Origin: Octopus sinensis
Lineage: Eukaryota
Assembly: GCF_006345805.1 (NCBI RefSeq)
Contig: NW_021833074.1
Span: 1 to 64,000 of the forward strand
Reading direction: 5' to 3'
Length of the DNA: 64,000 nucleotides
The number at the start of each line of letters is the position of its first letter. Within the stretch, counting starts at the first letter, position 1. A model generated the notes under the pieces. The model was not told the origin of the DNA. It was given only the letters and a program-made list of their open reading frames with translations, and did not search any database. A program made the position numbers and the translations under genes. Positions 1-10,608 of the stretch are shown in pieces.

Positions 1-93
1 ATGATTGATGATGATGATGATGATAATAATAATAAAAAGAAATCGGATAAAAGACATGCAAAATAGAATACCCTATATCGAATTATCTATAAA

Positions 94-351
94 CTAGCAG
101 TATCGCCCGGCGATATCGTAAAGAATAGAGATTTTCATAGAATAAAAAAAGCACCTTTTAGATGTAAATAATTTTTGGTCTTAACATGGTCCGATTTAAA
201 TTTTATCTTCTACGAAATGAAGAGCAAGCCTTCTTCTATCATTCTCTCTTTTGGTCAACTTGCGCCGCCGGGTCTTAGAGGAGATAGTGTTAGTTGAAGG
301 CTACCAAACCTGCCACACATAGACAACTTCAGCTTTATATATATATATAGA
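94..351 (-). mobile_element. Short non-autonomous Helitron
   Basis: On the minus strand it starts TCTATATATATATATAAAG and ends ...CGCCGGGCGATACTGCTAG followed by T. The 3' terminus matches the copies at 47305 and 61279, but the interior differs. Confidence 0.7.
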
Positions 352-591
352 TTAAATAATTAAATGGTTTATAAAATACAATAAAATGAAATAAAATAAA
401 AGTAAAAATAGAATCTTAAACATAAAAATAATATATGCATAAACAGTCGAAAGTTTTCTTGAGAAATATATCGAAATATATACAATATCTTTGCGATGCG
501 AAATAAATCATGTATTATAAGATACAAATCCAACCGTGTGATTGAAAACTATTTCAAGAATCAAAAAATACCCTCGATTGTATAATGCTAC

Positions 592-879
592 TTGCAGGTC
601 GCGAACACCTTCAAATATCAAATCCTGAGGGGCTCCTCCTCTTTATCGTCCAAATATGGAGATGAAAGTGTGTTCCCTAACCTTCGCGTAGCGATACAGA
701 TTCTGCTGACAGTAGCCGTTTTCATTGCTGGTTGCGAGAGATCCTTCAGCAAGCTGAACCTGATCATGTCCTTGCGAGCTTTTATGACACAAGGAAGACT
801 TCGTGACCTCGCATTGCTGAGCATCGAGCGGGAGAAAGTAGAGAACACCAATTTCGATTGTACCATTGAAGAAAGCTAG
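592..879 (+). mobile_element. hAT transposase C-terminal dimerization-domain remnant
   Basis: Translation FPNLRVAIQILLTVAVFIAGCERSFSKLNLI...MTQGRLRDLALLSIER is the typical hATC motif (ERSFS, RL..LALL.IE). A hAT-like end (GCGCCATTTTCCCTAGCTACGCCA) lies at ~1330-1353. Confidence 0.85.
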
Positions 880-1043
880 AAGGGCACTCCTTTAAAATAG
901 TCAATGTCTTCTTTCTAAATAAATAAATTTTAACTAAACATAGACACACATAGAAGTATACGCATACAATAGGAATACAAAATACAAAATGGCTGACCGT
1001 TAATAAGGAGAGACACACAAATAAGAAAGAAGAAAGCAAAGAA

Positions 1044-1083
1044 CCACTGATGAGGTCACAGAAGTGTGACGAAAGAACTCTGG
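1044..1083 (+). ncRNA. Minimal type-I hammerhead ribozyme fold (Penelope-type)
   Basis: cca-CTGATGA-g-GTCACA(gaag)TGTGAC-GAA-AG(aa)CT-C-tgg: canonical core, 6-bp stem II, 3-bp stem I, CUC site. Confidence 0.65.
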
Positions 1084-1436
1084 CCGAAATAAGATTAAGA
1101 TTAATGTAAAAAATAAATAACGCTGAAGCAAAGTAATTCCAAATATATAGTGCGTGTGTTTTTATTGGCTAAACTGGCAAAATGACCATTCCAAAATACA
1201 ACAATAAATTTTATGAATATTTTCTGACTAAGTAACTATTTCGTTTTCTCTTAAAAATGGGTCGGATGGGTTAGATTTGTAAATTTTTTTTTTAGTGGTG
1301 GGGTGATGCAGATTTTGGCTTTGCCCATGGCGCCATTTTCCCTAGCTACGCCAGGTTGAAAAGGATCACACGAGTTGATATATATGAGAAAAAAGTGAAG
1401 GTAGAAAATGCTAAAATAATTTTATAAAAGATATTT

Positions 1437-1472
1437 CAGAAGCGGTTTCAGTCATTGAGGCTTTTTCAACTG
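1437..1472 (-). ncRNA. Hammerhead-like fold with U3-A8 core variant (degenerate)
   Basis: Minus strand cag-TTGAAAA-AGCC(tcaat)GACT-GAA-ACCGCT-T-ctg. There is one mismatch in stem II and one in the stem III palindrome. Confidence 0.5.
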
Positions 1473-1589
1473 TAAGTATGGAAAACAATTAAATTTTGGA
1501 AAAATTAAAAGAATATTTGTATAGTATTCAAATACAAGGGGCATTTTCCTTGTATTTGAATACTATACAAATATTCTTTTTAAAATGTG

Positions 1590-2075
1590 TCTGAGATGAA
1601 AGCGTTCAAGGATCCATGTCTCACATGAGTAAAGGAGCAATGTCAGTACACATGCACAGTACCCGGCAATTTTTGTTTGCTCTGTGATGCCATGCTGGGA
1701 CCAGACATGAGACTGAAGGGACCGGAAGAAATCAGTTGCTCCCTGCAACCTGAAAGATATTTCATCATCCCGGGAGCAAAAACGGCTGAGTCTGCTGCCC
1801 AGGTATACAAACTTGTCTACCACTTTCAGAATTGTTCCTTCAACCAAGATAGCTGGTTCCACGTATGGATTTCCTGGTGCAGTGTGGAAAATTACAAGAC
1901 TTGTCCAGGTTAATGCTGTGTCCAAATGCCTTAAAAGAAGCAGAAATACGATTCATGAGTATTTGTATGCCATCCACTGTATGAGTGACTAAATCACAGT
2001 CATCTGCATAAAGGATGTCACGAATAAGAGGCTGGAAAACCTTTTGAATTGGCAGCAAATCGACGCAGATACCTA
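1590..2075 (-). mobile_element. RTE-clade LINE reverse-transcriptase fragment
   Basis: Overlapping ORFs give ILYADDCDLV...FKAFGHSINLDK and VVDKFVYLGSRLS...LLYSCETW, which are RTE/BovB-type RT motifs. Confidence 0.85.
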
Positions 2076-2149
2076 AAATATATTCTCAGAGAGCTAACCT
2101 TATACTCTCTCTCTCTCTCACACACACACATACTCACACACACACATGC

Positions 2150-2190
<41 letters not shown>

Positions 2191-2207
2191 ACACACACAC
2201 ATATATA

Positions 2208-2439
2208 TTTTTTCTTTACTACCCACAAGGGACTAAACACAAAGGGGACAAACAAGGACAGACAAAGGGATTAAGTCGATTACATCGATCCCAGTGCGTA
2301 ACTGGTACTTAATTTATCGACCCCGAAAGGATGAAAGGCAAAGTCGACCTCGGCGGAATTTGAACTTGGAACGTAACGACAGACGAAATACGGCTACGCA
2401 TTTCGCCCGGCGTGCTAACGTTTCTGCCAGCTCGCCGCC
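2208..2439 (-). mobile_element. tRNA-derived SINE, family C (GGCGGCGAGCTGGCAG head; GTCGACTTTGCCTTTCATCCTTTCGGGGTCGAT body)
   Basis: Near-identical to copies at 8632, 43925 and 46261. Has a pol III B-box-like GTTCAAATTCC. Confidence 0.85.
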
Positions 2440-2452
2440 ACACACACACACA

Positions 2453-2513
<61 letters not shown>

Positions 2514-2570
2514 GAAATATTAAAATTACTAAGTCTCTCTAAAAGAGAACAACGGCAGCGTTCCCGGAAA

Positions 2571-2792
2571 ATAATAGTTATCGCCATACTAATATGGCAT
2601 TCTTATAAAAATAAGAATAAAGCTGTCCGCTTATTAGCTCCATGAGGCCATCACCTTAAGTTAGCTATTTGATACACAAACTGTATCCATATAACCTTCG
2701 AACATATAACTTAAGGCGATGGCCTCATGGAGCTAATAAGCGGACAGCTTTATTCTTATTTTATAAGAATGCCATATTAGTATGGCGATAAC

Positions 2793-2798
<6 letters not shown>
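2571..2798. mobile_element. MITE-like fold-back with ~92-bp terminal inverted repeats
   Basis: 2571-2663 is the reverse complement of 2707-2798 (one substitution, one 1-nt indel), with a ~43-bp spacer. The right end abuts (TA)n. Confidence 0.8.
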
Positions 2799-2864
<66 letters not shown>

Positions 2865-3180
2865 AGCCATTATCGATGTGTGGGTCGATGTAATCGTCTT
2901 CTCCCTTTCGGCTGGACTCGTACCAAAATTTGAAAGCATTTTCGATATTTAAACATTCCAGCATCGTTGTCTATAAGACCAAATATTACTGGGTCAATTT
3001 TATTATCTAGTGTGTTAAACGACTATAAAGGAGATTACACTGTTGTTTCTGGTAGATTGAGCAATTTCATAGAGGTGAAACAGCCAGAATTGCTTGATTG
3101 ATGTTTCAGAAATATCTCTTGACTGTATAACACTCTAAATTTAGAAGGTTGCTATCTTTATTTACTAATTATTTACATTT

Positions 3181-3395
3181 GATAGATATTTGTCCTCATC
3201 TTGTTTGTTGTTAACACATCGTTTCACCTGATATACTCTCCAGCCTTCTTTAGGTGTCTTGAGGAAATTTCGAACCTGGGTTCTCATTCCTAATGAGAAC
3301 CAGGTTCGAAATTTTCCTAAGACACTTGAAGAAGGCTGGAGGGTATATCAGCCGAAACGTTATGTTAACAAACAAGATGAGGACAAATATCTGTC
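3181..3395. mobile_element. Penelope-like inverted terminal remnant: ~105-bp-arm palindrome with a hammerhead fold in each arm
   Basis: The arms fold back around CATT-cct-AATG (~3290). Plus arm 3321-3366: gacac-TTGAAGA-a-GGCTG(10 nt)CAGCC-GAA-ACGT-T-atgtt. The minus arm 3213-3258 carries different mutations. Confidence 0.75.
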
Positions 3396-3598
3396 GAATG
3401 TAAATAATGTAGATAATGTAAATAATGTGCATAATTCCTCATCTCTTAAATATAGAACTGTTTTATTTACCAATATTCTAATTAGTAAATGTCTTTATGG
3501 AACAACAGACATTTGGTTCCATCTGCAATCAGTGCACAGCTACTTCGCTGCATATCTAACTTACCTATATATTGTCAATCACTGCAGTATTCTGTAAG

Positions 3599-4100
3599 GT
3601 AAGCATAACAAATATTATAAAACGAAAGAATTAGAACCTGACCACGTATTCAATCTCAACTGTCCTTGTTAAAGGATATACTAGTGTCCTCTTGACCACA
3701 CTGTGACACACACTCACACGTACTCGATGAATTACTTCAACCGGTGTTTCTGGTTTGACAGACATGCTTGAGATATTCCCAGTGTTGAGTTCTGAGTGTA
3801 GTTTACTGCGTCACCAACTTTTGGAAAGAGCGTCTTGTTAACTATTAAGTACAGACAGACAGGTGACCGTAACCAGCAGTTGGTCCAAAATTCCTGATGG
3901 AAAGGTGTTCCTACAGAAACGTCCAACTAACCAAAACAGTATTGATTTCCCTGTCGTCTGTCGCAGAGATTTTTTTCTTCATTTCTTCTCTTTAAACATG
4001 TTGCTATCTTTTCGTCTTTAAAACCTATAAACATTTCATGAATTATCAGATCGTCCTTGTTGATTTTATTGTCTCTTATAATTATATTTTATGATTTCAG
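3599..4100 (+). other. Probable 5'-UTR intron of multicopper oxidase copy 1
   Basis: Donor AAG|GTAAGC at 3599 and pyrimidine tract + TTTCAG acceptor at 4100, 24 nt before the ATG. The interval aligns (~70% by eye) to 62370-62878 upstream of copy 2. Confidence 0.55.
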
Positions 4101-4124
4101 ATATCAGCACACACTGGTTCAACT

Positions 4125-6100
4125 ATGATTCACTTCAACGTAATTGTATTTCTCCTGGGTCTCTTCTCACCATTGGTTTATTCTCATGGCTGTCGTATGG
4201 AAGACGACGAATGTGAGTTTAAGCTGGTAATTTCCTATAAATTAACGATGGTAGTCAATCGTACCTTGGTAAAACCTTACAATGGAAAACTCTACAGATA
4301 TGATGTTACTAGATTTACGGATGCTCAACCGATACCAACTGATGAAGTTATTACTATGGATGGTTTCTCTGAGTCAGTTAAGGTGATTGCAGTTAATGGC
4401 ACAGTTCCTGGACCAACAATAGAGGTTTATAAAGGACAAACGGTCATCATTGAAGTAGAAAACGAATTATTTTCAGAAGGTACAACAATGCATTGGCACG
4501 GCATTCACCAAAAAGGAACACCTTATATGGATGGCGTACCTTGGGTTACACAATGCCCTATTCTACCTGGTCAGTCGTTCAGATATGAATTTAATATTAC
4601 ACAAACTGGAACCTTTTGGTACCATTCTCATCTTGGGACACAACGTAACATGGGACTATTTGGTGCTTTTATAATACACGAAAAGACAAAACCTAAAATG
4701 GAAGAACATGTGATGTTAATAACAGAATACAATCATAACTGGGACGCCGATATGAGTATCATAAAACCACGTTTGGGACATTATTTGGATGGTGAAATGA
4801 TTGGACGGACGAAATCTCTTGATGGAGCATTTTTTACTCCTTTAAACGTCGATTCGGTGCTTGTGAATGGTCGGGGCCGTTATTATGATGAGTCAGGGAA
4901 ACATAATGGGGCTCCACTGACTGTCTTTGAAGTAGAATCAGGTAAAGAATATCGTTTTAGGGTGATCGCTGCAGGGGCTCTGTACCCGTTTGAAGTATCT
5001 GTTGATGGTCACCAGATAGTGATCGTTGCCTCTGATGGTTATGGACTAAAACCAACACCTGTTGATTACTTTATCATCAACCCCGGTGAGAGATTTGACT
5101 TCACAATACATGCAAATAACTCTGTCGGAAATTACTGGATCCGCGGACAGACACTGCAAATGGGCAAAAATAATACATTTGAAGCAATTCTTCGATATAA
5201 AGGTGCACCGGTCGAAGAACCTAACTCCACAGTTTCTGACTGCATTCAACAAAAGAACTGCACTTTACTCAACTGTCCCTTTCTTTATAATCCCCATAAA
5301 AGTGATAAACCATGTTTAACTTTTGGTGACTTAGAATCTAATTATCGAGATGTACCGCCCGCCTTTCCTGTCTGGAAAGTTTAAGGAACATTTTTTAAAT
5401 TTTGCTTTTCCTGGTGAACCTGGGAACACACCTGCATCAATAAATGGTCGGGTGTTCGTGGAACCCACGGTAAACCCTTTAACACAACCAAATGAAATAG
5501 ATAGTCCGTGTGATAATGCCAATTGCGGTGTTGATAAAATGTGTCGGTGTACTTATTCCATAAGCCTGAAACCTGATGATACTGTCCAAATTGTAATGAC
5601 AAGCTTAGGGAGAGGGAATAGTGATTCGCACCCTATGCACCTACATGGACATTCATTTTATGTGGTTAAAATGGGATTTCCGAAATACAATGAAACATCG
5701 GGACAAATTTTATCAAATAATAAAGATATTGATTGCAGAGGTGACCCGAAAAAGAATTATTGTAACGATGCGACTTGGTCAAACAGCAACTGGGAGGGAG
5801 ACAACGTCCCCGGAATAAAGTTAGAAAACGCTCCTCGAAAGGATACAATTATGGTCCCTAAAGGGGGATACGTTGTAGTGAGAATAGTTGCAGACAATCC
5901 TGGGTTATGGTTGATGCACTGCCATATTGAACTACACAGCATGGGTGGAATGGCTCTTGTTTTTAACGAATCTTTCGCTCGTTTACCAGAAATACCGGAC
6001 AACTTGCCTAAGTGTCACAGCTTCAAGAAAGGAGTTTATAATAACAGAAAAGATACTGGAAAAAATGACAAAGAGAGAAATGATCAAAATTATAATGGCG
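4125..6100 (+). CDS. Laccase-like three-domain multicopper oxidase, copy 1, main exon (one frame break at ~5350-5384)
   Basis: Signal peptide MIHFNVIVFLLGLFSPLVYS. Copper motifs HWHG and FWYHSH lie in ORF 4125-5384. HPMHLHGH and HCHIELHSMGGM (T1 Cys/His/Met) lie in overlapping ORF 5350-6276. Phase-1 donor G|GTAAGG at 6100/6101. Confidence 0.93.
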
Positions 6101-6345
6101 GTAAGGAATGTTTTTTACTTGTTCTATCTTTTTTTACGAGTTTCGGCTCTTACTTCATATACATATATTCATCACAAGATTTGCTGATATTTTTAAAAGA
6201 GCAGGGTATACGGACTATCATGAAACGGTTGCTGGGGCGGAAGCAGTGCTGTTCTTGTGAACGAGATGTATTGTAGCATGTTGCACGTTTCGAAAGAGCG
6301 GGAGAGATGCTTAAAGAGAGTGAGAGAAAGAGAGAGAGAGAAGGC

Positions 6346-6410
<65 letters not shown>

Positions 6411-6724
6411 TCAATAAATATTTTCTATGGTATTCAGAGCGAGCACTGAAAGTTTTGCCTGTGTAGACAATGCGATCGAAAATACGAAAATTAAGCAATG
6501 GTTTTATTTGCATATTTTGAGAAGAGTTAGCTGCTCTTTTATCAGCATCACATCCAATCCATCTACTATTCACGAGCGCATTGTTTCGATACCCTCTAAG
6601 CTTAGCTGTATAACACTGTTGGAGGGCCCAGTTTATATATTAAACACACACACTGTGCTTGAGGAGACCTATCGAGTCAAGTACATCAACATCAAACAAT
6701 CAAATGGAAATTGTAGTTGTGATA

Positions 6725-6979
6725 CCTGTGCCGGTGGCACGTAAAATGCACCATCCGAACGTGGCCGATGCCAGCGCCCCCTTGACTGGCTTCCGTGCCG
6801 GTGGCACGTAAAATGCACCCACTACACTCACGGAGTGGTTGGTGTTAGGAAGGGCATCCGGCTGTAGAAACACTGCCAGATCAGACTGGAGCCTGGTGCA
6901 GCCTCATGGCTTTCCAGACCCCGGTCGAACCGTCCAACCCATGCTAACATGGAAAACGGACGTTAAACGATGATGATGA
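6725..6979 (+). mobile_element. SINE-like element with V-domain-like body and tandem ~67-bp 5' units
   Basis: Contains GGTTGGTGTTAGGAAGGGCATCCGGCTGTA, ends in (GAT)n, and has two CGTGCC-GGT-GGCACG hairpin units. Confidence 0.6.
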
Positions 6980-7705
6980 CATTCCTGGCAACTGGTACGT
7001 AAATATTGATTGCTATCAAGAACACAGTTTTTCATGCTGCCAATGTAATAAACTACCAATCGCAAATCAGTGTTGCTCTTACACAATAATTCAACACTAT
7101 GCATTGCCCGAGTCAGTAAAGGAAAGATTAATCGTTCTAAATAGGGAAGTTTAGTTTCATCGTTCTTACTTTCCTGACATTGCTCCCCCTGACTATCATC
7201 TTTGCAAATCGCTGCAACATTATTTTTAGGTTAAACAGTTTATTAATTAGGAAACGTTAAAAATGATACTGCGTGTTTCTTTACTTTGAGTCCTGATTAA
7301 TTTTACACTGAGGATCAACAGTTTGTCAAATAGATGCGATTACGAGTGGTAAATACTATCTTGATTAAATATATAAAGACAACGGTTTAAGTATATCATT
7401 TGAGACAAAAGAAGCATTTGTTTCTCTCTTTTTGAAACGCGACAGGACTTTCTTCCCAAGCTGATGCGTGTTCAGAGGGACCGGCCAATAACATAGGTAC
7501 AGTCTCTTATTCTAGGCCAGTGGCTCCCAATCTTTTTCGGGCTACTACCTCATTGGCGCCCGAGCCACATTACTAGCGCTCACCCCACTCTCACTCACCA
7601 CCACAAACATAGACAACTTCCTTCAGCAAATTCAAAACAACTGTATACCATAAATAAAACAAACTGATTAACCCATTACTTCGTAGCTTTTACATCCATC
7701 TCTGT

Positions 7706-7990
7706 GGAGGCACATGGCCTAGTGGTTAGAGCAGGGGACTCGCGGTTGAGGGATCGCGAGTTCGAATCTCAGACCGGGCAATGTGTTTATGAACGAAACA
7801 CCTAAGCTCCACGCGGCTCCGGCAGAAGGTAAAGGCGAACTTCTGCTGACTCTTTCGCCACAACTTTCTTTCACTCTTTCCTCCTGCATCTTGCAGTTCA
7901 CCTGCGACGGAACGGCATCCCGTCCAGGTGGGGAACCGGGAAACCGGCCCTTATGAGCCAGGCATGGCTCGAGAAGGAACAAACCACAAC
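7706..7990 (+). mobile_element. tRNA-derived SINE, family B (GGAGGCGCAATGGCC head)
   Basis: A/B-box-like head (TGGCCTAGTGG...GTTCGAATC). Homologous to 11812, 29554 and 54240. Confidence 0.8.
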
Positions 7991-8329
7991 ATCCATTTCT
8001 TCCTTTTGACCACCCCACCCCGCTGGATGCTTTCACACCCCACCCAGATAGTACAACCTACTTTGGAAACCATGCTCTAGACCAAGATAGAAAAAATAAT
8101 AGTGTGGAGAGACGAGAATCCCAATGTTTCTTATGCTTCTGCATTGCCAGAATAATGATTTCATGAATGCATTTGTATCAGTTTTACGTTTATGAATCTT
8201 GTTTTGCAAGTTCCATAATGTGAAATCTCAGACGTTCAAGTGACAAAGAGAACTTAGATGAATACGACCATAGTTGTTTCTGCTCCACTTGATCAGTAAG
8301 AGGCAGTCCCCCTACTATAACCTCAATTA

Positions 8330-8630
8330 CCAAGAAGACCCCCTAGTGAGAGATGGAACAGGTGGACCAGAACTATACGGACCGCCGAAAACAACGACCA
8401 TGTTAGATGAAAGGGTCGCACATGCGGTTGGCGCGATTACCAAAGTCACACTAAAGGGCTACATATTAAAGTTTAATACACCGAAGATGCAGCCACCCGT
8501 GTCAGTATCGCTGGCAATGTGGCAAATCTGTTTATGGTACAGTGGGATAGATGACTCAAAGAGAGATTTTCAGAAAGCTCCATAACCCTAACCATGTACT
8601 CCCGGCATGTGGATGATATTAATATAGTGA
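8330..8630 (+). mobile_element. Penelope-like RT fragment inside the oxidase intron
   Basis: Frame-broken translation AGNVANLFMVQWDR...MYSRHVDDINI resembles PLE RT motifs 4-5 (Y.RYVDD). Confidence 0.55.
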
Positions 8631-8631
8631 A

Positions 8632-8990
8632 GGCGGCGAGCTGACAGAAACGTTAGCAGAAACGTTCTGAGTTCAAATTCCGCCGAGGTCGACTTTGCCT
8701 TTCATCCTTTCGGGGTCGATAAATTAAGTACCAGTTAAGCACTGGGGTCGATATAATCGACTTAATCCGTCTGTCTGTCCTTGTTTGTCTCCTCTGTGTT
8801 TAGCCCCTTGTGGGTAGTAAACAAATATGTATTTCGTCTGCCGCTACGTTGTGAGTTCAAATTCCGCCGAGGTCGACTTTGCCTTTCATCCTTTCGAGTT
8901 CGATGAAATAAGTACCAGTTACGCACTAGGGTCGATATAATCGACTTAATCCGTTTGTCTGTCCTTGTTTGTCCCTTCTGTGTTTAGCCT
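8632..8990 (+). mobile_element. Family C SINE, head-to-tail dimer
   Basis: The SINE body occurs twice in tandem (8632-8825 and ~8826-8990). Confidence 0.85.
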
Positions 8991-9060
8991 CTAGATATTA
9001 ATATAGTGGCCAAAGCACCCCTAGAAGACAATATGGATGATCTAGAATATAGTATCCACT

Positions 9061-9670
9061 TGCTATATCGCGATTTACTTATCACGCCCTCAGTACAGTA
9101 ATCGCTCACTATATCGCCGTTCACCTATTGCGCCCTCAGTACAGTAATCACTCCCCATATCACGGTTCACCTATCACGCCCTTAGTGCAGTAATGTTTCA
9201 CCATATTGCGGTTCACCTATCACGCCCCCAGTACAGTAATCACTCGCCATATCGCGGTTTACTTATTGCGCCCTCAGTACAGTAATGTCTCTCGATATCG
9301 CGGTTCACCTAACGCGATCTCAGTACAGTAATGTCTCGCCATACCGTGGTTCACCTATCACGCCCCAGTACAGTAATGTCTCGCCATATCGGGGTTCATC
9401 TATTGCGCCCTCAGTACAGTAATCACTGCCATATCGCGGTTCACCTATCGCGCCCTCAGTACAGTAATCACTGCCATATCGCGGTTCACCTACCGTGCTC
9501 TCAGTACAGTAATCACTCGACACATCGCGGTTCTCTTATCGCGCTCTCAGTACAGTAATCACTGCCATATCGCGGTTCATCTAATGCGCCATCAGTACAG
9601 TAATGTCTCGCCATATCGTGGTCCGCTTATCGCGCCCTCAGTACAGTAATCACTTGCCATATCGCTGGTT
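9061..9670 (+). repeat. 45-46-bp minisatellite, 13 units, derived from a pogo/Tigger-like terminal repeat
   Basis: CAGTACAGTAAT starts at 9091, 9137, 9183, 9229, 9275, 9321, 9366, 9412, 9457, 9502, 9548, 9593 and 9639. Consensus CAGTACAGTAATCACTCGCCATATCGCGGTTCACCTATCGCGCCCT. Confidence 0.92.
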
Positions 9671-9934
9671 TCTGTAGCCGATAAGTATTTATATTTTTTA
9701 GATTTTAATTATTTCTTCAGTAAAATAAGTATTTTCACGCCTAAAAATCAATAAATTAATGAATAAAAGTACAGTACAGTACTGCACTGTATAACATTAA
9801 TTAAAATATATTACCAAAAAATGCGTAGTGAACCGTAGATGCGTAAACAAAGAATCGCATATACCGTATGGAAAACGAAGCACGAGAGGCGAGTGTGTTG
9901 TATTGTTTTGCATTTATAATAAAATAAATATATA

Positions 9935-10330
9935 GGCGTAGGAGTGGCTGCGTGGTAAGTAGCTTGCTTACCAACCACATTTTTCCGGGTTCAGTCCCCA
10001 CTGCGTGGCACCTTGGGCAAGTGTCTTCTACTATAGCCTCGGTCCGACCAAAGCCTTGTGAGTGGATTTGGTAGACGGAAACTGAAAGAAGCCCGTCATA
10101 TATATATGTATAAATATATATATTTATGTATGTGTATATATTTGTGTGTCTGTGTTTGTCTCCCCAACATCGCTTGACAACTGATGCTGGTGTGTTTATG
10201 TCCCCGTAACTTAGCAGTTCGGCAAAAACACCGATGGAATAAGTTCTAGGCTTACAAAGAATAAGGCGGTGCTCCAGCATGGCCACAGTGAAATGACTGA
10301 AACAAGTAAGAGAGTAAAGAGTAAAAGAGT
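9935..10330 (+). mobile_element. tRNA-derived SINE, family A (GGCGTAGGAGTGGCTG head; AGAGTAAA tail)
   Basis: Homologous to 27130, 39860, 47960 and 53142. B-box-like GGGTTCAGTCCC. Confidence 0.85.
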
Positions 10331-10486
10331 ATATACAAATTATATAAAGGATTAAAAAAATATACAATACGGTGGGATTTGGGGACGTAACACCTGCGAT
10401 TGCGAGGGATGGCGTAATATTTGAGGAATTTGCTGTCTATATATCTACCTAATGATCTCCATATTGCATTTTCTTTATCTTTGCAG

Positions 10487-10608
10487 GTATAAACGACCCA
10501 ACAGTAATAGTGGTACTCGGAGTTCTATTCGGAGTTCTCTGCATCCTGGTTATTCTTGTTATCGTTTTTCTTTCCGTTCTCATTGCTGTGCTGAAACAGA
10601 GGAAATGA
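10487..10608 (+). CDS. Terminal exon of oxidase copy 1: transmembrane anchor plus short basic tail
   Basis: Acceptor TTTTCTTTATCTTTGCAG at 10486. The phase matches the 6100 donor. The splice gives ...NYNG-G-INDPTVIVVLGVLFGVLCILVILVIVFLSVLIAVLKQRK*, with TGA at 10606-10608. Confidence 0.85.

Larger units (their letters stand above)
9061..10416. mobile_element. Non-autonomous pogo/Tc1-mariner-type element with amplified left end and a nested SINE
   Basis: Right end 10396-10416 (reverse complement TACGCCATCCCTCGCAATCGC) resembles the repeat unit TACAGTAATCACTCGCCATATCGC. TA termini. Interior has Tigger-like TACAGTACAGTACTG. Confidence 0.55.

Noticed and set aside
7706-7780. tRNA-like sequences (also at 11812, 29554 and 55873)
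   Set aside because: They continue into shared SINE bodies and do not close a full cloverleaf, so they are SINE heads, not tRNA genes.
9061-9670. Regularly spaced array resembling CRISPR
   Set aside because: Units are contiguous tandem repeats without unique spacers, there are no cas genes, and the context is eukaryotic.
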